A stretch of 35,295 bases of DNA from Candidatus Aenigmatarchaeota archaeon (GTDB lineage: Archaea > Aenigmatarchaeota > Aenigmatarchaeia > CG10238-14 > SpSt-28). The stretch spans positions 1-35,295 of the forward strand of contig JAVVFY010000008.1 in assembly GCA_032249395.1 (NCBI GenBank), in the 5' to 3' direction. Position 1 is the stretch's first letter, and each line of letters begins with the position of its first letter. Below the pieces are notes generated by a model. The model saw only the letters and a program-made list of their open reading frames with translations, did not search any database and had not been told where the DNA came from. The translations under genes and the position numbers were made by a program. Below are positions 25,610-33,661 of the stretch, piece after piece.

Positions 25610-27619
25610 ATGCTCGAAATGAAAAGAACCACATTTTTTCTATTTTTAGTATTAATCTTCTTGCCTTCAAATTCCTTTGCTTGGCTTTCCGGCTGGGAAT
25701 ACAGGAAAGAAATAGTAATAGACAATACAGCAAATTCGAATTCCTTAATTGACTATCAAGTCAATTTAAAGCTTGGGTATTACCCAAATATGTCGGCGGA
25801 CTTTTCCGATATAAGGTTTACTTATTTTAATTATACAACCAATGAAGAAATTACATTACCATATTGGATTGAAAATATCGAAAACTTCACTTTAAACATT
25901 TTTAATTTGACCAACATGGAAGAAGTAACAGTTTATGGTACACTAAATAACAACCTTATTTGGGCGAATAATAGAGGTAGCGGAAATATTGGATACATTC
26001 ATGTCACAAATTTAAGTACGCTCGAAACACGAAGTATAGCAATACCAAATGGTGCCTTTTGGCAAGCTGTATTCGATGGAGAGAATGTTTATATAGTTGG
26101 TCAAGGACTTGAAAATTTACATTCGATTTTAATAAGTTTCAATCTAAAAGAATTTCCAAAACATAATCTAACATACAGGGCTGATACAGCAGATGCAAAC
26201 GAATTGATAGGAATATATCAAAACGATACTCATATAATTGCTGGTGAGAGAGTAAAAGGAGGAAATAAAAAAGGAAGTAAATACCCAAATGGAGGCGGGC
26301 TTTGGGTTATTCCTAAAGAAAGCATAGCTGACAACGCAACATGGAGAAGAATTTATGAGGATTCTGATCAGTTCGAATGGATAAGTATTGCCTATTCTCC
26401 TCGCTTTAAAAAATGGTATGCTTATTTATCTGATGTCAAAAGCGGTGCCTACAAGATTATTTCCTCCAATGACTTAAAAAATTGGAAAGTCGAAATAAAA
26501 GAAAAGGGTAAAGGAGTTAATGTAAAAGGAATGCTTAGAATAATAAATGGTTATCCTTTTGTAGTTACTGTGAACTTCACTACAGATTCTATCCACTTGT
26601 TAATATTTAATGAAAGTTGGAAAGAGTACAATCTTGGAATAAAAATTAATAAGGGTTCTCAAAGCGTAAAGATAATAGATTTGAAAAACGATAAAATACT
26701 CCTAATTCATTCTTATATAGAAAATTCGAAGAGAGGGATGCAAGAGCTTTATTATGTTTATCCATATAATAAGATAGAATTTCTAGCAAGATATCCTGGT
26801 ATTCTTATTCATCTCTCACCAAATAACTATACTTTTGGAGACATGTTATACTTACCATCATCTTTTATTAACGCAAGACTTAGTAGTATTTATACGTTAT
26901 CGCAAGAAAAGCATGCAAAAGTGTGGATAAAAGTTCCATATATACCTGCAGGTTCCAACACTACAATCTATTTATACTACGGAAACCTAACTCCTGTAAC
27001 ATCAGCAAGCGACAGTAAGAGTGTCTTCGAGGATTTCGATGATTTCTCTAAAAATACTCTTCATTCTTACATTCAGATAGATGAAGGATGGGATATTAAT
27101 GTTACTTCTGGATATCTCATTTCTCCTTCAAGCGGTAGAGGATTTTTATTTAAACCTAAGTCTATTTCTAGAAATTATACACTCAGAGTTAAGATGTATT
27201 TTAATAACTCTGACGTAGGAGTCGGATTTATAGGGAGTAAAGAGAAAGACAAAAAAATAATTGGATATTTAGCCAACTATTATCCGCACCCTCCTGCTCA
27301 CTTCAAAATTCTTAACTTTCCTGACAAAATCATTTTACTTCTTTTCTCTCGAATGAGATTATATTTTTTTGATGATGTGTGTATACTTAGCTTCTTGCCT
27401 TCTGTTTCTTCCGGATGGTATATTCTGGAAATGAGAACAAATTCAACTCATATTGAGGTAGTAAGAGATAGCTGGACAGATTGTGTTATTAAAGACAATA
27501 GTATAGAGACATTTGAAGGTATCGTATTTAGACAAAAATCGAGAAAAAGCATTGCAGCTGATTGGTGGCTTTTGAGAAAATTTAGTTATCCAGAACCAAT
27601 AGCGAAAATAAGGGAGTAA
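25610..27619 (+). CDS. Secreted DUF2341-domain protein with a ~340-aa inserted beta-rich domain
   Basis: Signal peptide; WLSGWEYRKEI, DYQV, DFSDIRF, LPYWIE, [insert], VWIKVP, IYLYYGN, FEDFDDF, DWWLLRKFSYPEP. Confidence 0.85.
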   Translation: MLEMKRTTFFLFLVLIFLPSNSFAWLSGWEYRKEIVIDNTANSNSLIDYQVNLKLGYYPNMSADFSDIRFTYFNYTTNEEITLPYWIENIENFTLNIFNLTNMEEVTVYGTLNNNLIWANNRGSGNIGYIHVTNLSTLETRSIAIPNGAFWQAVFDGENVYIVGQGLENLHSILISFNLKEFPKHNLTYRADTADANELIGIYQNDTHIIAGERVKGGNKKGSKYPNGGGLWVIPKESIADNATWRRIYEDSDQFEWISIAYSPRFKKWYAYLSDVKSGAYKIISSNDLKNWKVEIKEKGKGVNVKGMLRIINGYPFVVTVNFTTDSIHLLIFNESWKEYNLGIKINKGSQSVKIIDLKNDKILLIHSYIENSKRGMQELYYVYPYNKIEFLARYPGILIHLSPNNYTFGDMLYLPSSFINARLSSIYTLSQEKHAKVWIKVPYIPAGSNTTIYLYYGNLTPVTSASDSKSVFEDFDDFSKNTLHSYIQIDEGWDINVTSGYLISPSSGRGFLFKPKSISRNYTLRVKMYFNNSDVGVGFIGSKEKDKKIIGYLANYYPHPPAHFKILNFPDKIILLLFSRMRLYFFDDVCILSFLPSVSSGWYILEMRTNSTHIEVVRDSWTDCVIKDNSIETFEGIVFRQKSRKSIAADWWLLRKFSYPEPIAKIRE

Positions 27620-27720
27620 GTAATAAAAATACTAGGCTTTCACTAGACTCCTTCAAATTGGAGCTGCTATGATTCTTTCTCAGATGATAAGAAGATGTCT
27701 CGTTTGAGTAATTTCTAAAT

Positions 27721-27759
27721 TTAGATCTTCTATTTTAGCTTAAAATAGAGTAAATCTAA
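27721..27759. promoter_or_regulatory. Inverted repeat TCTATTTTA-GCT-TAAAATAGA overlapping the probable TATA box of the Ca-type ATPase gene
   Basis: 9-3-9 perfect inverted repeat at 27729-27749, with outer TTAGAT/ATCTAA arms. Confidence 0.4.
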
Positions 27760-30239
27760 TGATTAGTATGCATAAAGGTTTGAGTGAAAGTGAAGCAAAA
27801 GAATTGTTAGAAAAATACGGAGAAAACAAGATTGAGAGAAAAAAGAAAATATCTCCTTGGAAAATTTTCTTATCTCAATTCAAGTCTCCTCTAGTCTTAT
27901 TACTAATTCTGGCTTCCATTATAAGCTTTTTAATAAACTTTTATCAGAATGAAGAGTACTTAGACACACTATTAATCTTACTCATCGTTTTTATTTCTGC
28001 TATTTTGGGCTTTTACCAAGAGTATAAGGCTGAGAGAACGATTGAAAGTTTGCAAAAGCTTGCATCACCAAAAGCAAAAGTTATTAGAGATGGCAAAGAG
28101 CAAGAAGTTGAAGCAACAAAAGTTGTTCCCGGAGATTTGATTGTGATTGAGAGTGGGGATATAATTCCTGCTGATGCTGAAATTTTAGAGGGAAGATTGC
28201 AAATAGATGAATCTATATTAACTGGAGAATCTAAAGCTGTAGAAAAATCTAAAGGAGATAAAATATTTTCTGGAACTCATGTGTTTTCAGGAAGAGCTAT
28301 TGCTAAAGTTTTTGCAACCGGCATGAATACCGAAATCGGAAAAATTGCAGGAAAGTTGCAAGAAATTGAAGAAGAAAAGACTCCTTTTGAAGAAAAAATG
28401 GAAGTTTTTACCAAAAGAATAATTCTATTTACAATCGTCGTTATTGCAATAACATTCTTAGTAAGTTTTAGTAAGTTCGGTGTTCTAAAAGCAGCTTTAT
28501 TGGCTGTTGCGCTAGCAGTAGCTTCGATTCCAGAAGGTCTACCGGCTGTGACAACAGTTGCTTTAGCATTGGGTACAAGAGAAATGGCCAAGAGAAATGC
28601 TTTAGTTAGAAGGTTGAAAATTATTGAATCAGTTGGTAGCTTAGATGTTATATGCACTGATAAAACTGGAACTTTAACAGAGGGGAAAATGAAATTGAAA
28701 GAGTTTTGGTTTTTAGAGGAAAATGAAAAATCAAAGGAGATTTCTCTAAAAGTTTGTTATTACTGCAACAATTCAAAACAAGTTGTTAAAAACGGTAATC
28801 TAACTTGGATAGGCGATGAAACGGAGATTGCTCTTAAGGAATTTGCAAAAGATTTTGTGAAAGAAGAAGGGGAGAGATTAGAAGAAGTTTCGTTTTCTTC
28901 TGAACGAATGATGATGTCGGTTGTTCATAAATTTTCGAGTGAAATTCTAGTTTTAACAAAAGGTGCTCCAGAAGTTGTTGTCGAAAAATGTGACAGAATT
29001 TTACTCAAAGATGGTGCGAAAAAGATTAATGAAGAAATTAAAAAGAAAATTTTGGAGAAAAATTCAGAATTTGCCTCTCAAGGAATAAGAGTATTAGCCC
29101 TTGCCTACAAGCCTATAAAGAAAGATTTCAAAAAAGAGGAGATTGAAGAAAACTTAATTTTTGTATCATTAGTATTGCTCTTAGATTTACCAAGGAAAGA
29201 TGTTAAAGAAGCTATTGAAGAGTGTTATTCAGCTGGCATTAGAGTGATAATGATTACTGGTGACAATCCACGAACAGCTAAAGCTATAGCTGATATGGTT
29301 GGTCTAAAGAGCAATGGAGTTGTTAGCGGTGATGAATTAGATAAAATGAGCGATGAAGAATTGAAAAAAGCTTTGGATAGCAATGTAAACATTTTTGCTA
29401 GAGCTTCTCCATTCCACAAGTTAAGGATACTAGAAATTTTGAAAAAAGAAGGATTAAAAGTTGGGATGACTGGGGATGGTGTGAATGACGCTTTAGCTAT
29501 TAAAAAGGCTGATGTTGGAATTGCAATGGGAATTAAGGGAAGTGAAGTTACTAAAGAAGCTAGCGATATTGTTCTGCTTGATGATAATTTTGCAAGCATA
29601 AGAAATGCTGTTAAAGAGGGGAGGAAAATTTTTGAGAACATAAGAAAGTTTGTTTTGTATCTGTTTTCAACAAACATTGCAGAAATTATCGTTGTTCTCT
29701 TCTTCTCTTTATTTTCTCCTTATCTCGTTTTACTTCCTATTCATTTACTTTGGATTAATTTAGTTACTGATGGCTTGCCAGCAATTTCTTTAGCAAATGA
29801 TCCTGCTAGAAAAGATATAATGAAAGGAAAGGCTAAAACAAGAATTTTTGACAAGAGAGATATAACTTTCATTCTTTTGGCAGGTGCTCTACTATCAATT
29901 TTTATAATCTTTGAGTATTTTGTTCTAGATTTTGAAAGTCAAGAAGAAGTTAGAGCTGTTGTTTTCTCTTCATTCGTCATTTTCGAAATTTTTAAAGTTT
30001 TTATAGTTCAAAGTTTTGAAAGAAGTCTAAGTTTAGAGAATCTTAAGAAGAACAAAATGCTATTGATTTCCATAATTTCAACAATAATTCTACAAATCTT
30101 TCTTGTTTATTTCTTGTACGGATATTTCGACATCGCTCCCCTTGGATTGTATGACTGGATAACAATAACTGGATTGGGGCTTGCTTTGTTTTTTGTTGGA
30201 TTATTTATTGTAAAGTTTTTAAACAATAGAGAATTCTAG
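27759..30239 (+). CDS. Cation (Ca2+-type, P2A) transporting P-type ATPase
   Basis: TGES, PEGLP, DKTGTLT, KGAPE, TGDN, GDGVND, TNIAE and LWINLVTDGLPA; may start at ATG 27768. Confidence 0.93.
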   Translation: MISMHKGLSESEAKELLEKYGENKIERKKKISPWKIFLSQFKSPLVLLLILASIISFLINFYQNEEYLDTLLILLIVFISAILGFYQEYKAERTIESLQKLASPKAKVIRDGKEQEVEATKVVPGDLIVIESGDIIPADAEILEGRLQIDESILTGESKAVEKSKGDKIFSGTHVFSGRAIAKVFATGMNTEIGKIAGKLQEIEEEKTPFEEKMEVFTKRIILFTIVVIAITFLVSFSKFGVLKAALLAVALAVASIPEGLPAVTTVALALGTREMAKRNALVRRLKIIESVGSLDVICTDKTGTLTEGKMKLKEFWFLEENEKSKEISLKVCYYCNNSKQVVKNGNLTWIGDETEIALKEFAKDFVKEEGERLEEVSFSSERMMMSVVHKFSSEILVLTKGAPEVVVEKCDRILLKDGAKKINEEIKKKILEKNSEFASQGIRVLALAYKPIKKDFKKEEIEENLIFVSLVLLLDLPRKDVKEAIEECYSAGIRVIMITGDNPRTAKAIADMVGLKSNGVVSGDELDKMSDEELKKALDSNVNIFARASPFHKLRILEILKKEGLKVGMTGDGVNDALAIKKADVGIAMGIKGSEVTKEASDIVLLDDNFASIRNAVKEGRKIFENIRKFVLYLFSTNIAEIIVVLFFSLFSPYLVLLPIHLLWINLVTDGLPAISLANDPARKDIMKGKAKTRIFDKRDITFILLAGALLSIFIIFEYFVLDFESQEEVRAVVFSSFVIFEIFKVFIVQSFERSLSLENLKKNKMLLISIISTIILQIFLVYFLYGYFDIAPLGLYDWITITGLGLALFFVGLFIVKFLNNREF

Positions 30240-31144
30240 GATAAAGCATCGGTACAATCTATAATTGGAATTCTGTATCTTTCTAAATCATCAACAGAAA
30301 TTCTTGGACATGATAGGTTTATCAAGCAATCTATATTTAATCCCTCTAATAAACTTTCATTTAACTCATCAAAAGCCAAAACATAAACTCTTTTGCCAAG
30401 AGATTGAATTTTCTTTTTAACTAACTCAAAATCTTTTATTTGACCTTTCTTCCAACTTAATAGCAATCCGACATTCTTACTATCTTCAAATATTTTTTTG
30501 TTCCAAGCCTTTATTTTTAAATATTTGTTAACATCTATTTTTTGAACATCGTTTGTTTCAACATCGAAAACAAAAACTGGCTTCTTTACATTTAAAGCTA
30601 CACCAATCGCATGAAACTTTCCAGAAGAAACCACAAGAAAAACGTTCACATATTTTTCGATTGATATGGCACTCGAAAAATTGCATCCAATTGTTTGCCC
30701 ACTCCCACCTACAAAAACTTTCTTACCTATTTTTTTAAGAAACTCAACTATGTTTTCAAAAGCTTTTTTGTATTGTATGCTATAAACTACCCCTATATTT
30801 TCAAAATCTTTTAAAGCCCTTTCTATTTTCTCTAAACCTTCTTCTCCAATTTTCCCAGAAAACCACTCTACATAAAAAACTGGAATTTTCGATTTTAGCC
30901 ATTCAAAACCAAAATCGTTATGCCCTAGATGCAAAATAGCATCACATTTCAATCTCAAAGCTTCGTCATCTCTCAGATCGCAAGCTCCATAAGTGTTTTC
31001 CAGAGAGATTATTGGTTCTAATCCCTCTTTTTCAAGCAAGTCAGAAATTTCTAGAGATTTGTTTTTTAAGCCTTCTGGTAGTTGAATTAGTATTCTTTTT
31101 GCATTCATTTCTTTTAATTTTCTTATTGCTTCTTCAATCTCCAT
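30236..31144 (-). CDS. dph2: Diphthamide biosynthesis protein Dph2
   Basis: IQLPEGLK, YGACD, HLGH, GQTIGC, GKFH, KKGQ and SCPRIS (three Fe-S Cys). Confidence 0.95.
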   Translation of the reverse strand: MEIEEAIRKLKEMNAKRILIQLPEGLKNKSLEISDLLEKEGLEPIISLENTYGACDLRDDEALRLKCDAILHLGHNDFGFEWLKSKIPVFYVEWFSGKIGEEGLEKIERALKDFENIGVVYSIQYKKAFENIVEFLKKIGKKVFVGGSGQTIGCNFSSAISIEKYVNVFLVVSSGKFHAIGVALNVKKPVFVFDVETNDVQKIDVNKYLKIKAWNKKIFEDSKNVGLLLSWKKGQIKDFELVKKKIQSLGKRVYVLAFDELNESLLEGLNIDCLINLSCPRISVDDLERYRIPIIDCTDALS

Positions 31145-31286
31145 AGAAGAAAATTTAAGTTAAAAAATATTTAATTTCTAGCTTCTCAATAGTCTAAAAT
31201 TAAGAAGTCTATATAGTTATAAACGCTAAAATTATTTCGCAAGAGAAAAGACAACTTATTAATTTTAATAAACAGCAGAATTTTAT

Positions 31287-32147
31287 ATGGCAGTTTTAAC
31301 TATATTTGATCCATGGAGATGCAAACTATGTAATTGTAGGTTTAAATATTCATTCTCTCCATACGTTGGCTGTAGCCATTTATGTCAATATTGCTATGCA
31401 TCTAGCTATATTTCTAGATTCTTCGAGCCTAGGGTAAAGATGGAAGTTATAAAGTCTTTAAATAGAGAGGTTTCAAAAATTAAAAGTAATAAGTATGTAA
31501 CAATAGCTAGTAGTAGCGACCCTTACCAATATTTAGAAGAAAAGTTAAAGCTGACTAGAGAGGCCTTAAAGATCTTCTATCATCATGAGTTCAAAATATC
31601 AATACTAACAAAATCAAATTTAGTATTAAGAGATTTAGACATACTTAAGAAAGCTAGAGTTGTAGTAGGTATAACTATTACAACTTTGGACGAGGATAAA
31701 GCCAAAAAATTGGAGCCGGGAGCACCATCCCCACAAAAAAGGATTGAAACAATAAAAACCCTTAGCAAAAATGGAATACCAACTGTAGCTAGAATAGATC
31801 CAATAATTCCGTATGTTAATGATTCGGAGATAGAAGAGTTAGTTAAATGTTGTGTAGAGGCGGGGGCATCAAATATAGTGTCGAGCACCTATAAAGTTAA
31901 GATCGACAACTGGATTAGAATGAAGAAATCATTTCCCGAAGAAATGAGCAAATTAAGAAATTTTTATTTTTCAAAAGGAGAGAAAATTAGCGGATATTAC
32001 TATTTGCCAAAAGCTTATAGATTAAAGATAATGAAAAAAGTTGCAAGCGAAGCTAGAAAATTTGGAATTGACTTTTCTGTTTGCAGAGAGGGATTTTTTG
32101 AGTTGAACACAGGAAGTTGCGACGGTTTTCATCTTTTGTATAAATGA
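31287..32147 (+). CDS. Radical SAM protein, spore photoproduct lyase-like family
   Basis: PYVGCSHLCQYCYA, SSDPYQ, TKS, LEPGAPSP and RIDPIIP. Confidence 0.9.
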   Translation: MAVLTIFDPWRCKLCNCRFKYSFSPYVGCSHLCQYCYASSYISRFFEPRVKMEVIKSLNREVSKIKSNKYVTIASSSDPYQYLEEKLKLTREALKIFYHHEFKISILTKSNLVLRDLDILKKARVVVGITITTLDEDKAKKLEPGAPSPQKRIETIKTLSKNGIPTVARIDPIIPYVNDSEIEELVKCCVEAGASNIVSSTYKVKIDNWIRMKKSFPEEMSKLRNFYFSKGEKISGYYYLPKAYRLKIMKKVASEARKFGIDFSVCREGFFELNTGSCDGFHLLYK

Positions 32148-32197
32148 ATAATATATTTAAATGTTGTTAATCTATACTAATGAAATTGGTGTAGAAC

Positions 32198-32383
32198 ATG
32201 ACTAAAGGAACGCCATCGATGGGTTTAAAGCATCACGTTTTGCATATAAGATGTAGGAGATGCGGAAGAACTTCGTATAGGGTTGATAAGCATTATTGCT
32301 CTGCTTGTGGTTATGGAAGAAGCAGTAAGTTGAGAAAATATTCTTGGCAAACTCATACATTACAAAGGGAAAGAAGATTTTAA
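32198..32383 (+). CDS. rpl37e: 50S ribosomal protein eL37
   Basis: MTKGTPSMG...HIRCRRCGR...CSACGYG. Confidence 0.97.
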   Translation: MTKGTPSMGLKHHVLHIRCRRCGRTSYRVDKHYCSACGYGRSSKLRKYSWQTHTLQRERRF

Positions 32384-32397
32384 TGCATTAGAGATAA

Positions 32398-33231
32398 TTA
32401 AATCTTCGATAAAATATGAAAAATAGATTTGATAACTAAGAATTCGCTTACTAAATTGCTTTCAGTAGGTTTTAAACAGCATACATCAAAACCTATTACC
32501 TTACCTTTAATTGATGTTATAATATCAACAAAATCGAAGTAATTTAGACCTCCAGGCTCTGGATAGTCTGTGGCCGGTAGAACAGAAGGATCGAAAACAT
32601 CCACGTCAAGAGAAATGTAAATATCCGAATCTTCAGTTAAATTTTTCATTTTATTTAGAACAGTTTCTTTATTTCTAATGATTTCCAATGATGTAAAAAA
32701 TTCAACCCCCTTCTCTTTTAGAAATTTCATTTCCTCATCGTCATACGACCTCAGTCCAATTAACAATACTTCGATATTGGAGTATTCGAGCAATCTCCTT
32801 AACCAAGTAGCTCCATTAAATTTTTTCTTGTCTTTGCTATTATCTACATCGAAAGCAATTAACTCGTCTAAATATTCATTCTTACAGTCGGCATGAGCAT
32901 CAAATACAACTAACTTTTCTTTTTTCAAATTTTTAGCCACATAGAGTGTTGACAAATGACCTCTTGAAATAATTAACGGAACTTTGTTTTCTTTTCTGAT
33001 ATCTAGAAATTTATTTGCTATTTCCTCAAAATTTTTAATTTTAATATCTCCCGAGTCAAATAGCTTAACTTTTTCTAATAGATTATTTCCATAAAAATCA
33101 AATGGTTCTACGAAATAGCTTGCGTATCTTATTTTTTCAAGAAGTAAGTTTGAATCTTTTGTATATATTAAACCAAAAAATATTACATTGGCTTCTTTTT
33201 CATTGAAGTAGGAAATTGCAAACTTTTTCAT
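32398..33231 (-). CDS. Ureohydrolase (agmatinase/arginase family), divergent active site
   Basis: RGHLS, FDAHAD, IGLRS, SLDVDVFDPS and PEPGGL. Confidence 0.88.
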   Translation of the reverse strand: MKKFAISYFNEKEANVIFFGLIYTKDSNLLLEKIRYASYFVEPFDFYGNNLLEKVKLFDSGDIKIKNFEEIANKFLDIRKENKVPLIISRGHLSTLYVAKNLKKEKLVVFDAHADCKNEYLDELIAFDVDNSKDKKKFNGATWLRRLLEYSNIEVLLIGLRSYDDEEMKFLKEKGVEFFTSLEIIRNKETVLNKMKNLTEDSDIYISLDVDVFDPSVLPATDYPEPGGLNYFDFVDIITSIKGKVIGFDVCCLKPTESNLVSEFLVIKSIFHILSKI

Positions 33232-33337
33232 AAATAGAGTTAAGTTATGAAAAAATAAAACTAGAGTCCTTTCAGAGATATAAAGAGAAATATGTATTAC
33301 ACTACCGGTTCATTCTAATTGTTTCTAACTTTATTTT

Positions 33338-33357
33338 GATGTCCCATATGGGACATC
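33338..33357. repeat. Perfect 20-bp palindrome GATGTCCCATATGGGACATC
   Basis: Direct reading; 50% GC in an AT-rich 430-bp intergenic region. Confidence 0.9.
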
Positions 33358-33661
33358 TATAAAAGGCGTCAAAAAGCATGTTTTTAACATTGATTATTTA
33401 CTATTATTTCACTACAAACTCCTTGACAATCATTGCTACAAAACTATTATTTTATCTACTAAACCATAACTTGGATAATATTACTTTCATAGTTTCTTAG
33501 CCAACTGGTTTTTAATTTTTTGTGTTCAATCTTTTTAAATCTTTAAGAAACTTTAATTTCGTTACAAATTAAACTGCAAGCTTTAGAGCAAACTTTTATT
33601 TTATCTATAGCAACATTAGAATTTAAGCTAATAGTTGATTTTCCTAGAATGCAATCTTTTC

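Noticed and set aside
25411..25725. Minus-strand 104-aa ORF or a C/D box sRNA upstream of cbf5
   Set aside because: ORF overlaps the DUF2341 gene start antisense; no canonical RUGAUGA/CUGA pair with proper spacing
25874..26920. Intein in the DUF2341 gene
   Set aside because: No C/S start, HN end or LAGLIDADG motifs
27620..27720. Possible C/D box sRNA (ATGATAA...TTGA)
   Set aside because: All boxes are degenerate; expected by chance in AT-rich DNA
914..32896. Antisense or alternative-frame ORFs inside real genes (914-1288, 1980-2405, 6591-6809, 8091-8354, 9458-9670, 10141-10752, 11134-11328, 11576-11836, 12088-12387, 13425-13643, 14832-15014, 20405-20620, 21907-22244, 23458-24099, 28277-28657, 29225-29677, 30553-30738, 31583-31888, 32678-32896)
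   Set aside because: They overlap well-supported genes and have Ser/Phe/Ile-rich antisense composition with no motifs
33400..33464. Degenerate direct repeats as a CRISPR remnant
   Set aside because: Only two low-complexity imperfect copies, spacing too short, and no cas genes
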